64,000 nucleotides of DNA. Source: Eledone cirrhosa (Eukaryota). Every line of letters begins with the position of its first letter. Position 1 is the first letter of the stretch. Of the stretch, positions 23,209 to 34,678 are shown one piece after another. The notes beneath the pieces are model-generated. The model was not told the DNA's origin. It saw only the letters and a program-made list of their open reading frames with translations, and did no database searches. The stretch is taken from contig OZ024744.1 of the NCBI GenBank assembly GCA_964016885.1, positions 130,386,001 through 130,450,000 on the forward strand, given 5' to 3'. The position numbers and the translations under genes are program-made.

Positions 23209-25108
23209 AGTCGGAGTTAAGTTAAGTTGGCGTTAAGTTAAGTTAGGCTTAACTTAAGTTGGGGGTAAGTTAAGTTGGGGGTAAGTTAAGTTGGGGTTAA
23301 GTTAAGTTGCGGTTAAGTTGGGGTTAAGTTAAGTTAGGGTTAAGTTAAGTTGGCGTTGAGTTAAGTTGGGGTTAATTAAGTGGTGGTTATGTTAAGTTGG
23401 GGTTAATTTAAATTGGGGTGAAGTTAACTTTGTGGTTAAGTTAAGTTGCAGTTAAGTTAAGTTGAGGTTAAGTTAAGTTGGGGTTAAGTTAAGTTGGGGT
23501 TAAGTTAAGTTGGGGCTAAGTTAAGTTGGGGCTAAGTTAAGTTGGGGCTAAGTTAAGTTGGGGTTAAGTTAAGTTGGGGTTAAGTTAAGTTGGGGTTAAG
23601 TTAAGTTGGGGTTAAGTTAAGTTGGTGTTAAGTTAAGTTGGGGCTAAGTTAAGTTGGGGCTGAGTTAAGTTGGGGCTGAGTTAAGTTGGGATTAAGTTAA
23701 GTTGGGGTTGAGTTAAGTTGGGGTTAAGTTAAGTTGGGGTCAAGTTAAGTTGGGGTTAAGTTGGGGTTAAGTTAAGTTAGGTTTAAGTTAAGTTGGGGTT
23801 AAGTTAAGTTGGGGTTAAGTTAAGTTGGGGTTAAGTTAAGTTGGGGTTAAGTTAAGTTGGGGTTAAGTTAATTTGTGGTTAAGTTAAGTTGGGGTTAAGT
23901 TAAGTTGGGGTTAAGTTAAGTCGGGGTTAAGTTAAGTTGGGGTTAAGTTAAGTTGGGGTTAATTTAAGTTGGGGTTAAGTTAAGTTGGGGATTAAGTTAA
24001 GTTGGGGATAATTTAAGTTGGGGTTAAGTTAAGTTTGGGTTTAAGTTAAGTTGGGGTTAAGTTAAGTTGAGGTTAAGTTAAGTTGGGGTTAAGTTAAGTT
24101 GGTTAGTTAAGTTGAGTTTAAGTTAAGTTGGGGTTAATTTAAGTTGGGGTTAAGTTAAGCTGGGGTTAAGTTAAGTTGGGGTTAAGTTAAGTTGGGGTTA
24201 ATTTAAGTTGGGGTTAAGTTAAGTTGCGGGTAATTTAAGTTGGGGTTAAGTTAAGTTGGGGTTAAGTTAAGTTGGGGTTAAGTTAAGTTGGGGTTAAGTT
24301 AAGTTGGGGTTAAGTTAAGTTGGGGCTAATTTAAGTTGGGGCTGAGTTAAGTTGGGGTTAAGTTAAGTTGGGGTTAAGTTAAGTTGGGGTTAAGTTAAGT
24401 TGGGGTTTATTTAAGTTGGGGTTAAGTTAAGTTGGGGTTCAGTTAAGTTGGGGTTCAGTTAAGTTGGGGTTAAGTTAAGTTGGGGTTAAGTTAAGTCGGG
24501 GTTAAGTTAAGTCGGGGTTAAGTTAAGTTAGGGTTCAGTTAAGTTGGGGTTAAGTTAAGTTGGGGTTGAGTTAAGTTGGGGTTGAGTTAAATTGGGGTTG
24601 AGTTAAGTTGGGGTTGAGTTAAGTTGGTGTTGAGTTAAGTTGGGGTTAAGTTAAGTTGGGGTTAAGTTAAGTTGCAGTTAAGTTAAGTTGAGGTTAAGTT
24701 AAGGTGCGGTTAAGTTAAGTTGGGGTTAAGTTAAGTTGGGGCTAAGTTAAGTTGGGGCTAAGTTAAGTTGGGGCTAAGTTAAGTTGGGGTTAAGTTACGT
24801 TGGGGTTAAGTTAAGTCGGGGCTAAGTTAAGTTGGGGTTAAGTTAAGTTGGGGTTAATTTAAGTTGGGGTTGAGTTAAGTTGGGGTTAAGTTTAGTTGGG
24901 GTTAAGTTAAGTTGGGGTTAAGTTAAGTTGGGTTTAAGTTAAGTTGGGGTTAAGTTAAGTTGGGGTCAAGTTAAGTTGGGGTTAAGTTAAGTTGGTTAGT
25001 TAAGTTGAGTTTAAGTTAAGTTGGGGTTAATTTAAGTTGGGGTTAAGTTAAGTTGGGGTTAAGTTAATTTGGGGTTAAGTTAAGTTGGGGTTAAGTTAAA
25101 TTGGGGTT

Positions 25109-25292
25109 AACCCCAACTTAACTTAACCCCAACTTCACTCAACCCCAACGTAACTCAACCCCAACTTAACTTAACCCCAACTTCACTCAACCCCAACTTA
25201 ACTTAACCCCAACTTCACTCAACCCCAACTTAAGTCAACCCCAACTTAACTTAACCCCAACTTGACTTAACCCCAACTTAACTTAAGCCCAA
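25109..25292 (-). repeat. Inverted satellite block, type B
   Basis: aagtcaacc; followed by agtcggag. Confidence 0.95.
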
Positions 25293-27248
25293 AGTCGGAG
25301 TTAAGTTAAGTTGGCGTTAAGTTAAGTTAGGCTTAACTTAAGTTGGGGGTAAGTTAAGTTGGGGGTAAGTTAAGTTGGGGTTAAGTTAAGTTGCGGTTAA
25401 GTTGGGGTTAAGTTAAGTTAGGGTTAAGTTAAGTTGGCGTTGAGTTAAGTTGGGGTTAATTAAGTGGTGGTTATGTTAAGTTGGGGTTAATTTAAATTGG
25501 GGTGAAGTTAACTTTGTGGTTAAGTTAAGTTGCAGTTAAGTTAAGTTGAGGTTAAGTTAAGTTGGGGTTAAGTTAAGTTGGGGTTAAGTTAAGTTGGGGC
25601 TAAGTTAAGTTGGGGCTAAGTTAAGTTGGGGCTAAGTTAAGTTGGGGTTAAGTTAAGTTGGGGTTAAGTTAAGTTGGGGTTAAGTTAAGTTGGGGTTAAG
25701 TTAAGTTGGTGTTAAGTTAAGTTGGGGCTAAGTTAAGTTGGGGCTGAGTTAAGTTGGGGCTGAGTTAAGTTGGGATTAAGTTAAGTTGGGGTTGAGTTAA
25801 GTTGGGGTTAAGTTAAGTTGGGGTCAAGTTAAGTTGGGGTTAAGTTGGGGTTAAGTTAAGTTAGGTTTAAGTTAAGTTGGGGTTAAGTTAAGTTGGGGTT
25901 AAGTTAAGTTGGGGTTAAGTTAAGTTGGGGTTAAGTTAAGTTGGGGTTAAGTTAATTTGTGGTTAAGTTAAGTTGGGGTTAAGTTAAGTTGGGGTTAAGT
26001 TAAGTCGGGGTTAAGTTAAGTTGGGGTTAAGTTAAGTTGGGGTTAATTTAAGTTGGGGTTAAGTTAAGTTGGGGATTAAGTTAAGTTGGGGATAATTTAA
26101 GTTGGGGTTAAGTTAAGTTTGGGTTTAAGTTAAGTTGGGGTTAAGTTAAGTTGAGGTTAAGTTAAGTTGGGGTTAAGTTAAGTTGGTTAGTTAAGTTGAG
26201 TTTAAGTTAAGTTGGGGTTAATTTAAGTTGGGGTTAAGTTAAGCTGGGGTTAAGTTAAGTTGGGGTTAAGTTAAGTTGGGGTTAATTTAAGTTGGGGTTA
26301 AGTTAAGTTGCGGGTAATTTAAGTTGGGGTTAAGTTAAGTTGGGGTTAAGTTAAGTTGGGGTTAAGTTAAGTTGGGGTTAAGTTAAGTTGGGGTTAAGTT
26401 AAGTTGGGGCTAATTTAAGTTGGGGCTGAGTTAAGTTGGGGTTAAGTTAAGTTGGGGTTAAGTTAAGTTGGGGTTAAGTTAAGTTGGGGTTTATTTAAGT
26501 TGGGGTTAAGTTAAGTTGGGGTTCAGTTAAGTTGGGGTTCAGTTAAGTTGGGGTTAAGATGGGGTTAAATTACGTTGGAGTTAAGTTAAGTTGGGGTTAA
26601 GTTAAGTTGGGGTTAAGTTAAGTTGGGGTTAAGTTAAGTCGGGGTTAATTTAAGTCGGGGTTAAGTTAAGTTAGGGTTCAGTTAAGTTGGGGTTAAGTTA
26701 AGTTGGGCTTGAGTTAAGTTGGGGTTGAGTTAAATTGGGGTTGAGTTAAGTTGGGGTTGAGTTAAGTTGGTTAGTTAAGTTGAGTTTAAGTTAAGTTGGG
26801 GTTAATTTAAGTTGGGGTTAAGTTAAGCTGGGGTTAAGTTAAGTTGGGGTTAAGTTAAGTTGGGGTTAATTTAAGTTGGGGTTAAGTTAAGTTGCGGGTA
26901 ATTTAAGTTGGGGTTAAGTTAAGTTGGGGTTAAGTTAAGTTGGGGTTAAGTTAAGTTGGGGTTAAGTTAAGTTGCAGTTAAGTTAAGTTGAGGTTAAGTT
27001 AAGGTGCGGTTAAGTTAAGTTGGGCTTAAGTTAAGTTGGGGCTAAGTTAAGTTGGGGCTAAGTTAAGTTGGGGCTAAGTTAAGTTGGGGTTAAGTTAAGT
27101 TGGGGTTAAGTTAAGTCGGGGTTAAGTTAAGTTGGGGTTAAGTTAAGTTGGGGTTAAGTTAAGTTGGGGTTAAGTTAAGTTGGTTAGTTAAGTTGAGTTT
27201 AAGTTAAGTTGGGGTTAATTTAAGTTGGGGTTAAGTTAAGTTGGGGTT

Positions 27249-27423
27249 AACCCCAACTTAACTTAACCCCAACTTCACTCAACCCCAACGTAACTCAACC
27301 CCAACTTAAGTTAACCCCAACTTCACTCAACCCCAACTTAACTTAACCCCAACTTCACTCAACCCCAACTTCCAACTTGACTTAACCCCAACTTAACTTA
27401 GCCCCAACTTAACTTAAGCCCAA
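27249..27423 (-). repeat. Inverted satellite block, type A
   Basis: cttccaacttgac; private C>G at 27310. Confidence 0.95.
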
Positions 27424-28877
27424 AGTCGGGGTTAAGTTAAGTTGGCGTTAAGTTAAGTTGGCGTTAAGTTAAGTTAGGCTTAACTTAAGTTGGGGTTCAG
27501 TTAAGTTGGGGGTAAGTTAAGTTGGGGTTAAGTTAAGTTAGGGTTAAGTTAAGTTGGGGTTGAGTTAAGTTGGGGTTAATTAAGTGGTGGTTATGTTAAG
27601 TTGGGGTTAAGTTAAGTTGGGGTTAATTTAAATTGGGGTTAAGTTAACTTTGTGGTTAAGTTAAGTTGGGGTTAAGTTAAGTTGGGGTAAAGTTGGGGTT
27701 GAGTTAAGTTGGGGTTGAGTGAAGTTGGGGTTAAGTTAAGTTGGGGTTAAGTTAAGTTGGGGTTAAGATAAGTTGTGGTTAAGTTAAGTTGGGGTTAAGT
27801 TAAGTTGGGGTTGAGTTAAGTTGGGGCTAAGTTAATTTGGGGTTAAGTTAATTTGGGGTTAAGTTAAGTTGGGGTTAAGTTAAGTTGGGTTTAAGTTAAG
27901 TTGGGGTTAAATTAAGTTGGGGTTAAATTAAGTTGGGGTTAAGTTAAGTTGGGGGTAAGTTAAGTTGGGGCTGAGTTAAGTTGGGGTTAAGTTAAGTTGA
28001 GGTTAAGTTAAGTTGGGGTTAAATTAAGTTGGGGTTAAGTTAAGTTGGGGTTAAGTTAAGTTGGGGATAAGTTAAGTTGGGGATAATTTAAGTTGGGGTT
28101 AAGTTAAGTTGGGGTTAAGTTAAGTTGGGGTTAAGTTAAGTTGGGGATAAGTTAAGTTGGGGTTAAGTTAAGTTGGGGTTAAGTTAAGTTGGGGTTAAGT
28201 TAAGTTGGGGCTAAGTTAAGTTGGGGCTGAGTTAAGTTGGGGTTAAGTTAAGTTGGGGGTTAAGTTAAGTTGGGGTAAATTTAAGTTGGGGTTTATTTAA
28301 GTTGGGGTTAAGTTAAGTTGGGGTTCAGTTAAGTTGGGGTTAAGTTAAGTTGGGGTTAAGTTAAGTTGGGGTTAAGTTAAGTCGGGGTTAAGTTAAGTCG
28401 GGGTTAAGTTAAGTTAGGGTTCAGTTAAGTTGGGGTTAAGTTAAGTTGGGGTTGAGTTAAGTTGGGGTTGAGTTAAATTGGGGTTGAGTTAAGTTGGGGT
28501 TAAGTTAAGTTGCAGTTAAGTTAAGTTGAGGTTAAGTTAAGGTGCGGTTAAGTTAAGTTGGGGTTAAGTTAAGTTGGGGCTAAGTTAAGTTGGGGCTAAG
28601 TTAAGTTGGGGTTAAGTTACGTTGGGGTTAAGTTAAGTCGGGGTTAAGTTAAGTTGGGGTTAAGTTAAGTTGGGGTTAATTTAAGTTGGGGTTAAGTTAA
28701 GTTGGGGTTAAGTTAAGTTGGGGTTAAGTTAAGTTGGGGTTAAGTTGGGTTTAAGTTAAGTTGGGGTTAAGTTAAGTTGGTTAGTTAAGTTGAGTTTAAG
28801 TTAAGTTGGGGTTAATTTAAGTTGGGGTTAAGTTAAGTTGGGGTTAAGTTAAGTTGGGGTTAAGTTAAGTTGGGGTT

Positions 28878-29093
28878 AACCCCAACTTAACTTAACCCCA
28901 ACTTAACTTAACCCCAACTTCACTCAACCCCAACGTAACTCAACCCCAATTTAACTTAACCCCAACTTCACTCAACCCCAACTTAACTTAACCCCAACTT
29001 CACTCAATCCCAACTTAAGTCAACCCCAACTTAACTTAACCCCAACTTGACTTAACCCCAACTTAACTTAGCCCCAACTTAACTTAAGCCCAA
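28878..29093 (-). repeat. Inverted satellite block, type C
   Basis: caatttaac and caatccc diagnostics. Confidence 0.95.
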
Positions 29094-30285
29094 AGTCGGG
29101 GTTAAGTTAAGTTGGCGTTAAGTTAAGTTAGGCTTAACTTAAGTTGGGGGTAAGTTAAGTTGGGGGTAAGTTAAGTTGGGGTTAAGTTAAGTTGCGGTTA
29201 AGTTGGGGTTAAGTTAAGTTAGGGTTAAGTTAAGTTGGCGTTGAGTTAAGTTGGGGTTAATTAAGTGGTGGTTATGTTAAGTTGGGGTTAATTTAAATTG
29301 GGGTGAAGTTAACTTTGTGGTTAAGTTAAGTTGGGGTTAAGTTAAGTTGGGGTTAAGTTGGGGTTGAGTTAAGTTGGGGTTGAGTGAAGTTGGGGTTAAG
29401 TTAAGTTGGGGTAAAGTTAAGTTGGGGTTAAGTTAAGTCGGGGTTAAGTTAAGTTGTGGTTGAGTTAAGTTGGGGTTAATTTAAGTTGGGGCTAAGTTAA
29501 TTTGTGGTTAAGTTAAATTGGGGTTAAGTTAAGTTGGGGTTAAGTTAAGTTGGGGTTAAGTTAAGTTGCAGTTAAGTTAAGTTGAGGTTAAGTCAAGTTG
29601 GGGTTAAGTTAAGTTGGGGTTAAGTTAACTTGGGGTTCAGTTAAGTTGGGGCTAACTTAAGTTGGGGTTAAGATGGGGTTAAATTAAGTTGGGGTTAAGT
29701 TAAGTTGGGGTTAAGTTAAGTTGGGGTTAAGTTAAGTTGGGGTTAAGTTAAGTCGGGGTTAAGTTAAGTCGGGGTTGAGTTAAGTTGGGGTTGAGTTAAG
29801 TTGGTGTTGAGTTAAGTTGGGGTTAAGTTAAGTTGGGGTTAAGTTAAGTTGCAGTTAAGTTAAGTTGAGGTTAAGTTAAGGTGCGGTTAAGTTAAGTTGG
29901 GGTTAAGTTAAGTTGGGGCTAAGTTAAGTTGGGGCTAAGTTAAGTTGGGGCTAAGTTAAGTTGGGGTTAAGTTACGTTGGGGTTAAGTTAAGTCGGGGCT
30001 AAGTTAAGTTGGGGTTAAGTTAAGTTGGGGTTAATTTAAGTTGGGGTTGAGTTAAGTTGGGGTTAAGTTTAGTTGGGGTTAAGTTAAGTTGGGGTTAAGT
30101 TAAGTTGGGTTTAAGTTAAGTTGGGGTTAAGTTAAGTTGGGGTCAAGTTAAGTTGGGGTTAAGTTAAGTTGGTTAGTTAAGTTGAGTTTAAGTTAAGTTG
30201 GGGTTAATTTAAGTTGGGGTTAAGTTAAGTTGGGGTTAAGTTAATTTGGGGTTAAGTTAAGTTGGGGTTAAGTTAAATTGGGGTT

Positions 30286-30469
30286 AACCCCAACTTAACT
30301 TAACCCCAACTTCACTCAACCCCAACGTAACTCAACCCCAACTTAACTTAACCCCAACTTCACTCAACCCCAACTTAACTTAACCCCAACTTCACTCAAC
30401 CCCAACTTAAGTCAACCCCAACTTAACTTAACCCCAACTTGACTTAACCCCAACTTAACTTAAGCCCAA
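30286..30469 (-). repeat. Inverted satellite block, type B
   Basis: aagtcaacc; followed by agtcggag. Confidence 0.95.
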
Positions 30470-32252
30470 AGTCGGAGTTAAGTTAAGTTGGCGTTAAGTT
30501 AAGTTAGGCTTAACTTAAGTTGGGGGTAAGTTAAGTTGGGGGTAAGTTAAGTTGGGGTTAAGTTAAGTTGCGGTTAAGTTGGGGTTAAGTTAAGTTAGGG
30601 TTAAGTTAAGTTGGCGTTGAGTTAAGTTGGGGTTAATTAAGTGGTGGTTATGTTAAGTTGGGGTTAATTTAAATTGGGGTGAAGTTAACTTTGTGGTTAA
30701 GTTAAGTTGCAGTTAAGTTAAGTTGAGGTTAAGTTAAGTTGGGGTTAAGTTAAGTTGGGGCTAAGTTAAGTTGGGGCTAAGTTAAGTTGGGGCTAAGTTA
30801 AGTTGGGGTTAAGTTAAGTTGGGGTTAAGTTAAGTTGGGGTTAAGTTAAGTTGGGGTTAAGTTAAGTTGGTGTTAAGTTAAGTTGGGGCTAAGTTAAGTT
30901 GGGGCTGAGTTAAGTTGGGGCTGAGTTAAGTTGGGATTAAGTTAAGTTGGGGTTGAGTTAAGTTGGGGTTAAGTTAAGTTGGGGTCAAGTTAAGTTGGGG
31001 TTAAGTTGGGGTTAAGTTAAGTTAGGTTTAAGTTAAGTTGGGGTTAAGTTAAGTTGGGGTTAAGTTAAGTTGGGGTTAAGTTAAGTTGGGGTTAAGTTAA
31101 GTTGGGGTTAAGTTAATTTGTGGTTAAGTTAAGTTGGGGTTAAGTTAAGTTGGGGTTAAGTTAAGTCGGGGTTAAGTTAAGTTGGGGTTAAGTTAAGTTG
31201 GGGTTAATTTAAGTTGGGGTTAAGTTAAGTTGGGGATTAAGTTAAGTTGGGGATAATTTAAGTTGGGGTTAAGTTAAGTTTGGGTTTAAGTTAAGTTGGG
31301 GTTAAGTTAAGTTGGGGTTAAGTTAAGTTGGGGTTAAGTTAAGTTGGTTAGTTAAGTTGAGTTTAAGTTAAGTTGGGGTTAATTTAAGTTGGGGTTAAGT
31401 TAAGCTGGGGTTAAGTTAAGTTGGGGTTAAGTTAAGTTGGGGTTAATTTAAGTTGGGGTTAAGTTAAGTTGCGGGTAATTTAAGTTGGGGTTAAGTTAAG
31501 TTGGGGTTAATTTAAGTTGGGGTTAAGTTAAGTTGGGGTTAAGTTAAGTTGGGGTTAAATTAAGTTGGGGCTAATTTAAGTTGGGGCTGAGTTAAGTTGG
31601 GGTTAAGTTAAGTTGGGGTTAAGTTAAGTTGGGGTTAAGTTAAGTTGGGGTTTATTTAAGTTGGGGTTAAGTTAAGTTGGGGTTCAGTTAAGTTGGGGTT
31701 CAGTTAAGTTGGGGTTAAGATGGGGTTAAATTACGTTGGAGTTAAGTTAAGTTGGGGTTAAGTTAAGTTGGGGTTAAGTTAAGTTGGGGTTAAGTTAAGT
31801 CGGGGTTAATTTAAGTCGGGGTTAAGTTAAGTTAGGGTTCAGTTAAGTTGGGGTTAAGTTAAGTTGGGCTTGAGTTAAGTTGGGGTTGAGTTAAATTGGG
31901 GTTGAGTTAAGTTGGGGTTGAGTTAAGTTGGTGTTGAGTTAAGTTGGGGTTAAGTTAAGTTGGGGTTAAGTTAAGTTGCAGTTAAGTTAAGTTGAGGTTA
32001 AGTTAAGGTGCGGTTAAGTTAAGTTGGGCTTAAGTTAAGTTGGGGCTAAGTTAAGTTGGGGCTAAGTTAAGTTGGGGCTAAGTTAAGTTGGGGTTAAGTT
32101 AAGTTGGGGTTAAGTTAAGTCGGGGTTAAGTTAAGTTGGGGTTAAGTTAAGTTGGGGTTAAGTTAAGTCGGGGTTAAGTTAAGTTGGTTAGTTAAGTTGA
32201 GTTTAAGTTAAGTTGGGGTTAATTTAAGTTGGGGTTAAGTTAAGTTGGGGTT

Positions 32253-32308
32253 AACCCCAACTTAACTTAACCCCAACTTCACTCAACCCCAACGTAACTC
32301 AACCCCAA
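32253..32308 (-). repeat. Truncated inverted block (56 bp)
   Basis: First 56 bp of the block, then returns to forward monomers at CCCCAA|GTTGGGG. Confidence 0.93.
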
Positions 32309-32490
32309 GTTGGGGTTAAGTTAAGTTGGGGTTAAGTTAAGTCGGGGTTAAGTTAAGTTGGGGTTAAGTTAAGTTGGGGTTAAGTTAAGTTGGGGTTAAG
32401 TTAAGTCGGGGTTAAGTTAAGTTGGTTAGTTAAGTTGAGTTTAAGTTAAGTTGGGGTTAATTTAAGTTGGGGTTAAGTTAAGTTGGGGTT

Positions 32491-32665
32491 AACCCCAACT
32501 TAACTTAACCCCAACTTCACTCAACCCCAACGTAACTCAACCCCAACTTAACTTAACCCCAACTTCACTCAACCCCAACTTAACTTAACCCCAACTTCAC
32601 TCAACCCCAACTTCCAACTTGACTTAACCCCAACTTAACTTAGCCCCAACTTAACTTAAGCCCAA
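32491..32665 (-). repeat. Inverted satellite block, type A
   Basis: cttccaacttgac diagnostic. Confidence 0.95.
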
Positions 32666-32934
32666 AGTCGGGGTTAAGTTAAGTTGGCGTTAAGTTAAGT
32701 TGGCGTTAAGTTAAGTTAGGCTTAACTTAAGTTGGGGTTCAGTTAAGTTGGGGGTAAGTTAAGTTGGGGTTAAGTTAAGTTAGGGTTAAGTTAAGTTGGG
32801 GTTGAGTTAAGTTGGGGTTAATTAAGTGGTGGTTATGTTAAGTTGGGGTTAAGTTAAGTTGGGGTTAATTTAAATTGGGGTTAAGTTAACTTTGTGGTTA
32901 AGTTAAGTTGGGGTTAAGTTAAGTTGGGGTAAAG

Positions 32935-33078
32935 TTGGGGTTGAGTTAAGTTGGGGTTGAGTGAAGTTGGGGTTAAGTTAAGTTGGGGTTAAGTTAAGTT
33001 GGGGTTAACCCCAACTTAACTTAACCCCAACTTAACTTAACCCCAACTTCACTCAACCCCAACGTAACTCAACCCCAA
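32935..33078. other. 144-bp spacerless palindrome (72-bp arms, one mismatch); potential cruciform
   Basis: The left arm (ttggggttgagttaag ttggggttgagtgaag, two consensus monomers, ttggggtt) is mirrored by the first 72 bp of the C block. Confidence 0.88.
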
Positions 33079-33222
33079 TTTAACTTAACCCCAACTTCAC
33101 TCAACCCCAACTTAACTTAACCCCAACTTCACTCAATCCCAACTTAAGTCAACCCCAACTTAACTTAACCCCAACTTGACTTAACCCCAACTTAACTTAG
33201 CCCCAACTTAACTTAAGCCCAA
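33007..33222 (-). repeat. Inverted satellite block, type C, at a duplication junction
   Basis: caatttaac and caatccc; only about 340 bp after the previous block and lacking the usual upstream ttggttag marker. Confidence 0.95.
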
Positions 33223-34494
33223 AGTCGGGGTTAAGTTAAGTTGGCGTTAAGTTAAGTTAGGCTTAACTTAAGTTGGGGGTAAGTTAAGTTGGGGGTAAGT
33301 TAAGTTGGGGTTAAGTTAAGTTGCGGTTAAGTTGGGGTTAAGTTAAGTTAGGGTTAAGTTAAGTTGGCGTTGAGTTAAGTTGGGGTTAATTAAGTGGTGG
33401 TTATGTTAAGTTGGGGTTAATTTAAATTGGGGTGAAGTTAACTTTGTGGTTAAGTTAAGTTGGGGTTAAGTTAAGTTGGGGTTAAGTTGGGGTTGAGTTA
33501 AGTTGGGGTTGAGTGAAGTTGGGGTTAAGTTAAGTTGGGGTAAAGTTAAGTTGGGGTTAAGTTAAGTCGGGGTTAAGTTAAGTTGTGGTTGAGTTAAGTT
33601 GGGGTTAATTTAAGTTGGGGCTAAGTTAATTTGTGGTTAAGTTAAATTGGGGTTAAGTTAAGTTGGGGTTAAGTTAAGTTGGGGTTAAGTTAAGTTGCAG
33701 TTAAGTTAAGTTGAGGTTAAGTCAAGTTGGGGTTAAGTTAAGTTGGGGTTAAGTTAACTTGGGGTTCAGTTAAGTTGGGGCTAACTTAAGTTGGGGTTAA
33801 GATGGGGTTAAATTAAGTTGGGGTTAAGTTAAGTTGGGGTTAAGTTAAGTTGGGGTTAAGTTAAGTTGGGGTTAAGTTAAGTCGGGGTTAAGTTAAGTCG
33901 GGGTTAAGTTAAGTTAGGGTTCAGTTAAGTTGGGGTTAAGTTAAGTTGGGGTTGAGTTAAGTTGGGGTTGAGTTAAATTGGGGTTGAGTTAAGTTGGGGT
34001 TGAGTTAAGTTGGTGTTGAGTTAAGTTGGGGTTAAGTTAAGTTGGGGTTAAGTTAAGTTGCAGTTAAGTTAAGTTGAGGTTAAGTTAAGGTGCGGTTAAG
34101 TTAAGTTGGGGTTAAGTTAAGTTGGGGCTAAGTTAAGTTGGGGCTAAGTTAAGTTGGGGCTAAGTTAAGTTGGGGTTAAGTTACGTTGGGGTTAAGTTAA
34201 GTCGGGGCTAAGTTAAGTTGGGGTTAAGTTAAGTTGGGGTTAATTTAAGTTGGGGTTGAGTTAAGTTGGGGTTAAGTTTAGTTGGGGTTAAGTTAAGTTG
34301 GGGTTAAGTTAAGTTGGGTTTAAGTTAAGTTGGGGTTAAGTTAAGTTGGGGTCAAGTTAAGTTGGGGTTAAGTTAAGTTGGTTAGTTAAGTTGAGTTTAA
34401 GTTAAGTTGGGGTTAATTTAAGTTGGGGTTAAGTTAAGTTGGGGTTAAGTTAATTTGGGGTTAAGTTAAGTTGGGGTTAAGTTAAATTGGGGTT

Positions 34495-34678
34495 AACCCC
34501 AACTTAACTTAACCCCAACTTCACTCAACCCCAACGTAACTCAACCCCAACTTAACTTAACCCCAACTTCACTCAACCCCAACTTAACTTAACCCCAACT
34601 TCACTCAACCCCAACTTAAGTCAACCCCAACTTAACTTAACCCCAACTTGACTTAACCCCAACTTAACTTAAGCCCAA
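34495..34678 (-). repeat. Inverted satellite block, type B
   Basis: aagtcaacc; followed by agtcggag. Confidence 0.95.

Larger units (their letters stand above)
22385..26552 (+). repeat. 2084-bp tandem duplication of a B unit, junction near 24470
   Basis: B blocks at 23025/25109 and the tcgggg marker at 22413/24497 share offset 2084. Confidence 0.82.
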
